Source: Macrostomum lignano (lineage: Eukaryota). Taken from it: a stretch of 64,000 nt of DNA. Numbering within the stretch: the stretch's first letter is position 1; every line of letters starts with the position of its first letter. Positions 12,792 to 24,900 of the stretch are shown here, piece after piece. Made by a program: the position numbers and the translations under genes. The notes under the pieces are model-generated. The model was given only the letters and a program-made list of their open reading frames with translations, did no database searches and was not told where the DNA came from. Location of the stretch: NCBI GenBank assembly GCA_002269645.1, contig NIVC01001911.1, positions 158,676 through 222,675 of the forward strand. Reading direction: 5' to 3'.

Positions 12792-12838
<47 letters not shown>
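12791..12838 (+). repeat. (CAA)16 tract at the LINE 3' end (tail or split target)
   Basis: Direct reading. Confidence 0.95.
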
Positions 12839-12839
<1 letters not shown>

Positions 12840-13806
12840 AACAAAATATACGCTACAAATATCTGTATTATATAGTCGTCGAAATTTCATGTACCTGCAA
12901 CATCCGCGGCCATCCATGGAGCGTTCGTGCGACGGAAAATGTTTTCGTCTTTTGGAGAAATATATGTACATGTATATATAACTATGCAAATTACATGTAA
13001 ATTTTCTTACTGAAATCGTTATTGATTATGTAAAATTTTAATGTACTTTTTATTTTAAATCAGAAACAAGCGTCTGTACAATTAATTATACGAGTAGGAT
13101 CACGTACCGTAAAAGCTTTTGACGGAATACAGTACACTGTACATGTACGCTGTATGCAAATAAGCCTGAACATGTGCCTATTATAAATTTTACCGTATTC
13201 ATGAATCCTGCATGCGCTGATCGCAAGTCTTTCTCCGAGAGACCGGATTCCCTGATCCGATCTTGATTTGTGATTTTCAAATTATTTCTTCAAACTTGAT
13301 TTACCAACAAGATATGATGTAATTTTCCTGCTAGATCTTTTGCCTAGCTATATATACAAGACAGAAAGACTTTCAAACAGGCTGGCCACTAAAGTCCCTA
13401 AGCCTAATTAGGAGTTTGAGACTTATATCTCAAAATTACCGAATATTATTCAAGGCACAGGCACAGCGCAAAAGCAAATAAATAGTTTTATTGTAGGGTA
13501 GGGTACGTTAGCACTCATGCAGTTTTTCCTTGTTCCGTTGTTCGGCAAACACAACCCCCCCCCTCAAAGTATTTGCTGCGAGTCTTCTGTGGCCACGCGT
13601 TCGCAGCAGCTGGCTTGGCCCTCAAAATTGTCCTTTTGGCATTGAAGTTGGCTAGTCTAGAGAGCTTGTCTGCTTTGGTTAGCTTAGCTTTGGTCCTGGA
13701 CAAGTAGAGGTAGAGGTTGTTATTTTCTTCCACTCCGTTGAAAGTACTTTTCATGTGTTCACAACCATATGGCTTAAGCAGCGGTTGTATCCATGTAGCT
13801 CGTATT

Positions 13807-14643
13807 CAGGGGTGTCACCACCGAGGAGGGGGGGTTAGGAGGGACGCATGTCCCTCCAGTGAAACCTATGGCCCAGACGGGGACGTACAATGCTTTGTGG
13901 AAATCAATAATTATTTCTTCAGAGCGTTAAAATACAAGGCCTGCAGCGCTAAATTGAGTGCCTGCGACGCTAAAATGAGCGCATGCTTGCGACACCAAAA
14001 TGAATGCCGTGCGGCACCAAAATGAATGCCGTGCGGCACCAAAATGAATGCCGTGCGGCACCAAAATGAATACCGTGCGCCACGTGCGGCGCCAAAACGA
14101 GTGCCTGTGGCACCAAAAAGAGTGCCTGCGGCGCCAAAATGAATGCATGCTTGCGGCGCCAAAAAGAATGCCTGCGGCGCCAAAGAGTGCCTTCGGCGCC
14201 AAAAAGAATGCCTGAGGCGCCAAAATGAGTGCATGCTTGCGGCGCCAAAATGAATGCCTGCGGCGCCAAAATGAGTGCATGCTTGCGGCGCCAAAATGAG
14301 TGCATGCTTGCGGCGCCAAAATGAGTGCATGCTTGCGGCGCCAAAATGAGTGCATGCTTGCGGCGCCAAAATGAGTGCATGCTTGCGGCGCCAAAATGAG
14401 TGCATGCTTGCGGCGCCAAAATGAGTGCATGCTTGCGGCGCCAAAATGAGTGCATGCTTGCGGCGCCAAAAAGAATGCTTGCGGCGCCAAAGAGTGCCTG
14501 CGGTGCCATGAGTACCTGCGGCGCCCAAATTAGCGCTAACAACACACTGATTCTCTAAATAATGTACATGTAGGAATTCAGTCATCAAAGTTGTGGCTTT
14601 GTCCCCTCCCCTCCCCCACCAAAAAACCATGGCGACGCCCCTG
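13807..14643. mobile_element. Non-autonomous hAT-like element containing a 22-25-bp minisatellite (GCTTGCGGCGCCAAAATGAGTGCAT)
   Basis: TIRs CAGGGGTGTCACCA / TGGCGACGCCCCTG (12/14 match); 8-bp flanks CTCGTATT and CATGTATT (6/8 match); array at about 13940-14530. Confidence 0.7.
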
Positions 14644-14937
14644 CATGTATTTGACTATCAAAATACTATCTACGCGTTCGCATGTACAACGTACAGTTAT
14701 ATTTTTTTATCGTGCATGAATGACGTCTCGCAACTCTTTTTGGTGCCGGAATGCAAATTAAGTCTATTATATTTACATGCACGCTTGTCTCAAGCCACAA
14801 TTCAGTGCAGAGATACACAAATTAATGTATAAAAACTTGGACGACATGTTATTAGGTAAAGTGGCTCGCTTGATGAAGAGTAGATAAATAAAGGTAAATA
14901 TCAACATGAAGTTAGTTATTTATTTATTTGAGTTGCT

Positions 14938-14973
14938 GATGCATTTCGTCCATTTGCATTAGGACATCGTCAG
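14938..14973 (-). ncRNA. Minimal hammerhead ribozyme core in the PLE 3' repeat (sense to the ORF)
   Basis: CUGACGA-U-GUCC-loop-GGAC-GAAA-UGCA-UC; palindromic AUGCAU stem III; stem I weak. Confidence 0.65.
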
Positions 14974-17046
14974 GGTCTTTTTATTTAAGAAACAATTTGA
15001 ACGAATATTCAGTATATATAGATAGTTGAGAGTAACAAGAGTAGTTGAATTGAGTTTTTAATTGATGGTTTAAAACTTGTACATAGTAATCAATTTTTTG
15101 ATACAGTATTGGTTGGGTAAAGTGCATATATCAGTTTCAAGCCAGTCCGGTCATTGACAAATCAGCTAAAAAATTCTGAGTTGACGGCTAGCCCCACCCA
15201 TCGCAAGTTGGTTATTTAACGTGGGCTGTTTGGTCTTAATGTACAGGGCTTCTAATAGTCAGAGCATGTGATCTCTATTACAAAAATCAATAGCCTTTAT
15301 CATTTCGTGTGGTTTAGCCTCACAACAGGAATTGCAGGTTAGCAGGTGTTCGTTAATAGCAGAGTTTTTTAGCCAGTGCTCTCTGACCCTCGTGTACAAG
15401 TGTCGTTTAGTTTTTCCTATGTAGGAGATGCTCTGGTCCTCAGAGCAAACAAATTTATACACGACACCAGCCGCGAGAGGACGTGGAACACTGGATTTCA
15501 ACTTGCAGACGAACTTAGCAATCTTTTCGGTGCGAAACACAACATGGATTTGAGTGTTTAAGTCTTTACGTAGCAGCTTTTCTAACTTCTTTTTAAACTC
15601 TATAGAACAAACATCAAAATAAAACAAAGTGATCAAGGGACATTCAGAGGTGGAATCACGAACTTTCATCCGAGTAGGTTCAGTCAGTTTGTCATTGAGA
15701 AAAGAGTTGACAATTTTCATCACAAAGTTCTTAGGATAGCCATTGTAGCTGAGCAGATTGGTGAGGATTTCAACTTCGTTGTGGAAAAGTCTCCAAGAGC
15801 TGCAAGTGGAAAAAGCCCAGTGAAGAAAGCCACGAATCAATCCAGTTTTCCATTGTCTAGGGCACAAGGCGTCAAACCTAAGCAAAAGCCCGGTAAAGCT
15901 AGGTTTCCTATACACGCTGGTCGAAATAGTTTCATCGGTGGCGTCAACGTCAATGTCTAAGAAAGGAAGTCTTCTGCCTCCCCCCTCCACCGTGAATTTG
16001 ATATTCTCATGAGTAGAATTGATTAACTTAAAAAACTCGTCCTTCTTAGCTTCGTCCTCAAAGATCGCAAACGTGTCATCGACGTAGCGTTTGTAGAAGT
16101 GAGGCGCACAAGGGAGGGCCATCCAGTCCTTTTCCCAGTGAGCCATGCATAAATTAGCGAGGGTTGGGGCGAGAGGGCTGCCCATGGCACACCCATCAAT
16201 CTGTCTGTAATATTTTTCCCGAAAAAGAAAGATGCCGGAGGTGGCGAATTTGAGCATCTTCTTAAAAGAGGCTTTAGAGAAAGGAGGTGGATTGGCTTTT
16301 TCATACACAAGATCAGCAGCCAGCTCAATGGTGAATTCGAGAAGGATGTTGGTGAACAGAGAAACAACATCAAAGCTATATAAAGCCTGTCAGTTTGATT
16401 AATCGTGGTATTGCTGAGGCTCTCAATAAACTGTTTATTGGATCCCACACAGTGCTCAGAAGGAATAACAGGTTTAATTAAATTGTCAAGGAATTTGGCT
16501 AGCTCATACTCCGAAGTGTTGATCATCGAAACAATTGGTCTTAAAGGATGACCATCCTTATGAACTTTGCACAGACCATACAGTTGTCCAGGTTGGCTAC
16601 CACTTGGGACAATCACCTTAAAGATCTCAGGGCTCACATGCGGCTTGACATAAGTTCTCAAAAAAATCTGAAGAGATCTTTCATTTTTCAGAATCGGGTG
16701 CGTCATAGTGACTTTATCGGCGGTACCAAGGCATTGAAACTTGAGTTTGTCCTGGACCACTTTCTCAAGTTTCTCAAAATAATCATTACTGTCTAAGACA
16801 GCAACGCCATAGCCTTTATCGTAACCAAGGATCTTGATATTGTCATTGTTCTTGAGACCGTTCATAGTCTGGTGCATAAGCCTATTGCTTTTCTTGTTAA
16901 CGTATCCTTGAGCTCTACAGATAAACTTGATTACTATGTACAAGTTTTAAACCATCAATTAAAAACTCAATTCAACTACTCTTGTTACTCTCAACTATCT
17001 ATATATACTGAATATTCGTTCAAATTTTTTCTTAAATAAAAAGACC

Positions 17047-17082
17047 CTGACGATGTCCTAATTAAAATGGACGAAATGCATC
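17047..17082 (+). ncRNA. Second minimal hammerhead core in the inverted PLE repeat
   Basis: CUGACGAUGUCCUAAUUAAAAUGGACGAAAUGCAUC followed by GG, giving only 2 bp of stem I. Confidence 0.65.
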
Positions 17083-18001
17083 GGCAACTCAAATAAATAA
17101 ATAACTAACTTCATGTTGATATGTTATTAGTCTTTTTCTATCTTATCTGAAGTGGAGGGAGCTGTGTGCGAAGGTTGGAAGGGTTAAAGCTACTCCGATC
17201 AGTTTTCTTGCATCTTTTATTTCAGAGTCCAAGAGAAATTGTTCACTGGCGTATAGAGTGGCGACTTTTTAATGTTGCTGAGTATAGCTAGTTGCTGAGT
17301 ATAGCTAGTTGCTGAGTATAACACTAGTTCTCTATTTTTAAACACAGCTCTCACCCCGCGAGCAAGAATTTTTCAAACTGAGGATTAAGTCATTATTTTA
17401 GTTCCGCGTTGGTTTGGTCTGCCCTACTAGTATTGGACGGCAAGGAAATGTGTACTTCTTAAATCTGGAAATATAGCTGTGCATGTGGGTGCACATTTGG
17501 TGTACATGTGTGCATTAGTGTCATAGGAGATGTACTTGCATGACAGGGGTGAGTCAAATTTCTTGGAAAAAAGCGAATGAGAGCGCCAAGTCTGCTTTTT
17601 AAGTCTGCTATCGATAAAATACATTTGAGGCAACACACTCGGTTTCCAATCCACAAAAATTCGGTGCAATCGCTAACCTATACTGCCTAGTGCAGCGAAG
17701 CTTACAACTTTTCGATCCAAAATTTGATTTTTTGACCAAAAACTGAGTGGATTCGTTCATCTCTGAAGCTACGGAAGGAATTGCATGTAAGTTAAACAAA
17801 ATACTAGTAAACCTGTCACAGTATATGCATACTATACCATCTTATAGATAACTGCTCGTCTGTATCAAGTATTATATTTTCTCATCAATTAGTCAAAAAA
17901 CTAGTGAAACCACCTTAGAATATGCACACGTACTGACGATACAGGGAAAACTGAAAATGCAGGACTCTATACACTAGTTTCCATAAGTTAGATAAAATCT
18001 A

Positions 18002-18420
18002 CTCAATCAATTTATAAGAATGATTGCATGCACTACAGAGACTACTGATGAAATTGAGTTCAGTAGTTGATTGTCGCGCTGTCGCGAGTTGTAAAATTTT
18101 TCAAATCAGCTTCTTTGGCCCACATAAGTGGTTAATGAGTGAAGGGTGGCCCATCTTGTGTATCTATGACATTTTTTGTAAGTGCGAGTATAAGCATCCT
18201 TCCATTGTACTTCAGCTGTCCATGATATTGACTCGACTCGAACTAGATCAAAGATCATATCAAGGAGTTCTATAATTTGCAATGCTAATTATAGAACTCC
18301 TTGCATCATGCATATATACACAAGATGGGCCACTCATTTACAGCGCTAAAATCTACTACTGAACTCAATTTCGTCAGTAGGCTCTGCAGTGCATGCAACC
18401 ATTCTTATAGTTTGATTGAG
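18002..18420. mobile_element. Palindromic MITE with TA target duplication (Tc1/mariner-like)
   Basis: TA|CTCAATCAA...TTGATTGAG|TA; outer arms about 65 bp inverted, plus further inverted blocks (TGGCCCATCTTGTGTAT pair; 17-bp stem hairpin at about 18261-18303). Confidence 0.7.
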
Positions 18421-18770
18421 TATCCTATTTAATTCGTTTAATAATTATAGCGTCTTATTTCCCTTAATCTACTGAACTCAAAATTTAAGCAACCCATAGA
18501 TGTCGGCTTTTTTTCGCACACGTGACGAAAAACCTAGGCCTATCTATGGAATACAGGATCCATTCTCTAGATCATCCAACAGTTTAGAAGACGAAGGAAC
18601 TATTAGTATAATACTAATTTAGTGCAAAATTGTAAAATTCCTTTCTGCCTACTATTAGTACGCTCGTAGTAAAAATAAAGCGTTTTTTTATTCTATATTT
18701 TTAACTCTTTGCTAATGCATTGAAATAATGCATTTGCATTTCTAAATAAAACCATATTTTAAACATTTAA

Positions 18771-18960
18771 GACACTTAACTCTGCATTGCTTCAGTTCAC
18801 CCAGCTGTAAAATGGATGCCAGCATTAGCTGGGATAATTGAGGGTATGTGTGGCGACCCCCAGTCCTTGGACTGAACAGCCGTACGCAGCCTTCAATAGC
18901 GGCGGCTGAGCTGTCGGTTGCACATCTGCCCATTGGACAGGTGTAATCAATTATTATAAT
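18771..18960 (+). mobile_element. 5'-truncated SINE fragment with a CORE-like central domain
   Basis: GACACTTAACTCTGCATTGCTTCAGTTCACCCAGCTGTAAAATGG resembles the CORE consensus (CACTT.AC...TGCCTCAGT..CC..CTGTAAAATGG) from memory; AT-rich tail. Confidence 0.45.
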
Positions 18961-18980
18961 AATTTAAACATTGCAGTATA

Positions 18981-21900
18981 ATGCAGCGTCCGAGGGGCGC
19001 CGCCTCAGGAGTGCGACGACAAGCCACCAGCAGTCCACAGGAACTCTTCAGCGTGCAGATTACTGGCCTGCCACCCGGCGTGTCCAGTCAGAGTCTAGTC
19101 GATCGGTTCCAGCAGTCTGCAGGTCAGTTCGTGATTCCTCCCGAGCCCAAGCAGCGAGACAAGACTGCCTGGTGCGCTTATCTAAATGGACTCACAGAAA
19201 ACCAGGCTGAAACCTTTCAGGAAAGATGGAATAATAAAATATTTCCCGGCGGACAACATTCTATAAGATGCAAAACAAGCTCGTCAAAATTGAAGGGAAG
19301 TGAAAATATTCAAGGCAAGGCCACCCAACCGCAGCCCATGATTTACAACGTGGAATTATCCGGACTTCCGCCAAATGCATCGAACAAGTTTCTGGCCGCG
19401 ACATTCAAGCAGAGCGCCGAAAAATTTGAGGTGCTCCCAGAACCGAAGCAGCGTGACAAGACTGCCTGGTGCGCTTATTTAAATGACGTTCCCGAGTCTG
19501 AGGCACACAGATTTATACAAAAATACGATAATTTCAAGATAGGCAATAACAAGTTTGTAGTGAGGTGTAAGCTCATTTTCAAAGCTGACCGTCGGACTAC
19601 TGAAGATCGTTCTAGAGTGCGATCTAGAGTGCATGGTGACTCGCTACGCCAGCAAACTGAGAAGCTCGGCGCCGAGGCCTCAAGCTCGCAGTCTTCCGTG
19701 AGCACTACCCATAGTGAGACTACCAATCAGGATAAAGGCATTTTGTGCAAGTACAATATTCTGGGCACATGTAAATTTGACAATGACTGTAAGCACATTC
19801 ATATGTCTTGTCCAATGGAAGAGGATTGCGACGATGATGAGTGTTGCCTGGGTCACCCTGCGAACGTTAAAACGCAGATTGGTCGTAGCGTGGGTCGCAG
19901 ACTGGTATTGTGCAATCTCTTTCGATTCGGAGCTTGTCGATACGAATCAGAATGCCGCTTCAAACACTTAGACTGTCCGTTAGCAGAATTATGCGAGGAT
20001 TCCTGCTGCTTTTTTGGGCACCCGCAGGGCTGGGGAAGCGATTTCTCTGATCCAAACGAATGCTCTGTGGATTGCGACCAGTACGACTGCACGAAGAGCC
20101 ACCCAGTTGGTCGCACAAAGCGCTGTCAATTCGGCGATAAGTGCACCAAATTTGAGTGCAGCTTCCTGCACTCCGAGAAGCGTCAGGCTTGCGAATCTGC
20201 CGGCGACTGTCAGGATTTCGACTGTTCAAAGTTGCACCCGGAATCTCGTGAGGAGCCTTGTGTGAAAGGAGCCAAGTGCCTGGAATTTCATTGCCAAAAA
20301 CTGCACCCAGCTTCTAGAGAGCTATGCGACAAGGGAAAGCTGTGCACTGAATATGCGTGCGATAAACTGCACGAAGCTGGCAGACGTAAAAAATGCAAGT
20401 GGAGAGATCGTTGCAAGCTGCCCTTTTGTCCATGGCTTCATCCAATAAACCGGAGCAAACAATTTTGCGACCGGGGCGATTCGTGCGACGACTTCGACTG
20501 CGCATTGGTGCATCCGCCTGGTCGATGCAGTCCCTGCAAGTATGGAGAACGGTGTTGGAATCACATTTGCGAATGCCTACACCCCGAGGCTTGGAACCCT
20601 TGTCCCAACGGTCTGGGCTGTCGCGATGTCACTTGCGATTGCTCGCACTCTCCGAGACGCCCCAAACCGTGTACGCAGGGGAGCGACTGCAGGAACAGAG
20701 ATTGTGCAGGTTTACACCCAGGTATGAGTAGCGTTTCGAACGCGCCTCTTCAGAGAAGCTCAGCGCTTAAATCGGATCACCAGCGAAGAATTGACAGAGA
20801 AGCGAACCGCTTGCCAGTACTGAACTATCGAGAACAGTTCCTTGAACGGCTTCAAACTGAAAAAGTTCTGATTGTAAGGGCAGAGACAGGAAGTGGAAAG
20901 ACCACCCAGCTGCCGCAGTACGCAGCAGAGTGCTTCGGAGGCCTTGTTATCTGCACACAGCCTCGCGTGATGGCGGCGGTCTCGATTGCGCATCGAGTGG
21001 CCCAAGAATTTGACGGATGCGATGTCGGAGAGTCAGTCGGGTACAAAGTCGGTGGCGAGAACAGTGCACCAGGCTCTGGCATAATGTTCATGACAGAGTC
21101 GTGTCTCATTCGGTATTGCCAAAGCAATGAATCATTGGACAATGTGTCAGTGCTAATCGTCGATGAAGCTCACGAGCGATCGCTGAATGTTGACATTGTT
21201 CTTGGACTTGCCAAGCTCATTCGCATCAAGAGACCTGACAATTTCTATGTTGTGATAGCATCGGCCACGATCGATCCACAGTTGTTTCGAGATTTCTTCA
21301 ACTGCGGCGTCCTTGACATTCCAGGAAGAATGTACGATGTCTCACTGCAGTACATTCCTCCGGCTTTTGATTCAAACCCGGATGTGTTTATCAAAAGTCA
21401 TCTGGTGCCAAGTCTGATTAAAGCGCTGCGAGACCACAGCGACGGTTATGCGCTCGTCTTTCTGCCCGGAGAGCGAGAAATCCAGCAGGCCATCAAGGCG
21501 TTTCAGCAGCAGCAGACGGAAGACAACTGCGTGGCGCTGCCTCTGTACGGGTCTCTTCCTCGGGAGGAACAGGTCAAGGTTCTGGACTTCAAGCCGAGTC
21601 AAGACTCCGATCGCTTGGTGGTGTTCTGCACTAATGTTGCTGAGACGTCACTGACAATTAACGGAGTCAGGTTGGTGGTCGACTCCGGTCTGGCGAAGGA
21701 GTCACGCTTTGACGCAAAGAGGCGCATCACAGTGTTGGAGCTGCGGCAGATTTCGCAGTCAGCCGCCAACCAGAGAAAGGGTCGAGCGGGACGAACTGCA
21801 CCAGGTCACTGTGTTCGGCTGTACTCTGAGGACGTTTTAAAGAGCGCTGAGTTTGTTCCCGAAATTCTGCGGTCCTCGTTGGATCTGGTCGTTCTGCTGT

Positions 21901-24900
21901 TGATCAAACTAAAGTTAAAGCCGCTCGAGTTTTCATTTCTGGACAAGCCAAATGAAGAAATGCTGATTCACTCGTACCAAACTTTGATGGATCTTGGATG
22001 CCTGTCCGGAGTTGAGTCGCTGTCAAATGCAGGTGAACTGTTTGCAGAACTCGGGCTCGATCCACGTTTGAGTGCTTTCATAGTCAGGGCTCATGAGCAC
22101 TTCGGTCAGTTAGAATTGGCGGTTACGGTTGCCTGCATCCTGACAGCCCCTGGTAGTATATTCTTCCTTGGACGCGACAAGGAGAAGAAAGAGGGACTGC
22201 AGAAAAGAGCATTAGAAGCATTTTCTCACGAAAGCGACATTCTCTACGAAGTCAGTGTCTTTGATTCGTGGTCTAACGCCGGAAAATTGATTAATGGGAA
22301 GTGCAAAAACTGCGGAAAAGTGGCTAGAAATTTTCAGAACAGCTGTAGATCATGCCGGGTTGGACACAGCAACTCAAACAGGCTCAATAACAAGGTCATG
22401 GAGCACATAGAGAAGACGCGAACCTCTTTTTTGAAGACTATAAAGAAAAGCAAATGGTTCTTAGAGCTTCAAAAGGTTGAGAGCAGCTGTGAAGACACAA
22501 TCCAAGTTGTTGGAAGCTGTCTCGAGCAGGTGATTCCAGAACAGGTGACATGTCTGTTGGTAAAGCGTCTGCCGTCAGAGGGCATAAAGATTGTTGACTC
22601 AAATATCCGAGCTAGAATTTCGAACACATCGGTGTTTGCACAACGCCCCCAGGACTGTGAGTACTTCGTTGCAGTACGAGTTAGGCAGATGGTGTCCGGT
22701 ATGTACATCGTGGATGGGTTGCACCCACTCAAAGATCCAACGACTGTGTCTGATAGAAGGTCGCATCCTTTAGAAAAGATATTTACGGAGGCCAATGCGA
22801 GCTCGAACTTGTTAAAGGCAGTCAATTCGAAAATCAAGGATGAATCGTCACAGATCTCGGAAGAACAACGAAGGTGGATTGTACTGTCGCACAATGCGGA
22901 TGAAGCAAGCATCGATGTCTACGCAAGAGCTTCGGAAAGTTCCGAACTTCGTTCCAAGCTGAAGTCTTTAATTGACAAATCAAAACTGACGTATTTACAA
23001 GAACAGCATATGCTTGAAACGAAGGGTTTCAGAGCAACATTTCAAGGTGGCCTTCAAGTAAAAGAGGTGCATATTTGTACTTTGAATCGTACTGATAGCG
23101 AAGTGTCATCATCGAATAACGAAGGTGCCACAGACTCAGCTGAAAGTGACAACGGACTGGCTCAACTTCTGGTATCCGCTCCCTGCGGCTTTGAAGAGGA
23201 AACTATTCGAGCACACAGTGACTCGACTGCAAAGATCCATCACACTAATCAGCGCAGACGGCGTCAGGAAAAGTTTAAAGTCTTCATTTCGAATATGCCA
23301 GCAAACTGGAAAGAATCTGATGTGCAAGATCTCATTAGGAAATCAGAATGTTTGAACGCTGTAGTCCCGATTCGCATTTTCCCACCTGCTCAGCCGGGAA
23401 TCGGGACTTCGAGAGCGCTTTTAACACTAAACAGTGAAACAGAGCGCGACAGTCTGATTAAATCTTTGAGCACAGTTTTGTGCAACATCGGACCGTTTCC
23501 TATTAGTCTCATTAGTAAGAAAAACGGCGGAACCTTCGTTAAACAGGTTTCACCTGAAATAAAGCCTTGCGAAGATAAAACTCCATCTATTCCAGAACTA
23601 TTTTTTGTTAAGTTTAACGAATCAAAGCATGCAGTCGAATTTTACAACAAGATCCGTGCAGGTTCAATTGTTGGATGCTCTGCAGAATGGACTGAATCTG
23701 TTTTCATCAGCCATCCTGACCTTTTTCCGGACCTAAACAGCCTCATTGAGCAGTCTGGCGATCCCACTGTAAAGAGTACGAGCGTTCCGAAGCCTGACAA
23801 AACGTTAGAAATCCGACTGTCCGGTCCGCAGCAGGACAAGATAAAATTGGTAGCGAACAAGCTCCGAAGTCTGTTCTCCCCAATAACTATTCGGCACGTA
23901 TCCAACAAAGAGAAAACACTTTTCTACGAAATCAAGAAGACTGGTCTGTTCGATGCCTGGGCCAAGGAACTCAATTTGGTGTGCGAATTCCGAGACGATT
24001 GAACTTCCGGGTATTTGGCTCAAAAGTAAGCCAAGGCTCTCTCATGCGAAAAATTGCTGACGAGTTCACGAAACTCGAGAGCCGCTATCGCCTGATACCC
24101 CTGAATGCTGCAACTACCCAGTTGTTCCGAAATGGACTCGCCGGAGACTCAAAATTGAAGGCGCTGCAACGGAAATGGGACCAACGTTGCTTCATCAAGT
24201 TTCTGTTCCACACCTCGGAGATTGAGCTATTTGCTAGAAAAGATTCTTCGGTTCTTTCAGATTGCGAAAAAGAGGTGAACGATCTCGTTGCTGAACTCGG
24301 AAGCAAAAATATACTTGGCCAAAAGACGTGCGTTGTCTGCAGATCTAAGTCAGCAGTCGAAAATTTCTTCATATACGGACACCCGTACTGCAAGTGCATT
24401 GACAACTGGCTACAAAGCGTCTCTGCAGCCTCAATCTGTTGTCCGAAATGCAGACACCAATTACGATAAGAGAAATTCGCAAACTCACCGGCGACAACTT
24501 TGAAAAGCTTGCAGTACGTCAAGTTGCTCATTATGTGGCTCAGGATCCTTCAATGAAAATTGCTAGATGCATCATTAAAGACTGCAATGGATTCGTTAAT
24601 AAAGGCTCGTACGAAAGTTGCGCTTGCTGTAAACACTGGGTGTGTGTTGACTGCAAGGTTGCAGACGATGTAATGCATAGAGGTTTGAGCTGCTCAGAGT
24701 TCAAAAAAGCATCTACAGATAAGGAATCGGTTTCTCGGCTGATTAAAGCAGCAGAAGTCTATGTCAGACAGAACTGGCCTGCCGACATGCCACCGATCCG
24801 TGCGATCGACGTCAACCCTGGACTGCTTAGCAATCCTCCAAGTCCGCGTACAAAACTTTTCACCGCGGCTTGTTGTCACTGAATCGGGGCACATTGCACG

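Larger units (their letters stand above)
14898..17122 (-). mobile_element. Penelope-like retroelement (RT + GIY-YIG), 5'-truncated, bounded by 196-bp inverted repeats (14898-15093 / 16927-17122)
   Basis: DKG..V..LD, LYGLCKVHK..PLRPIV, SFDVVSLFTNI (after a frameshift near 16380), GCAMGSPLAP, RYVDD, FLDI, VYRKP; C-terminal GVVYKFVC..YIGKTKRHL..RVREH. Confidence 0.93.
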
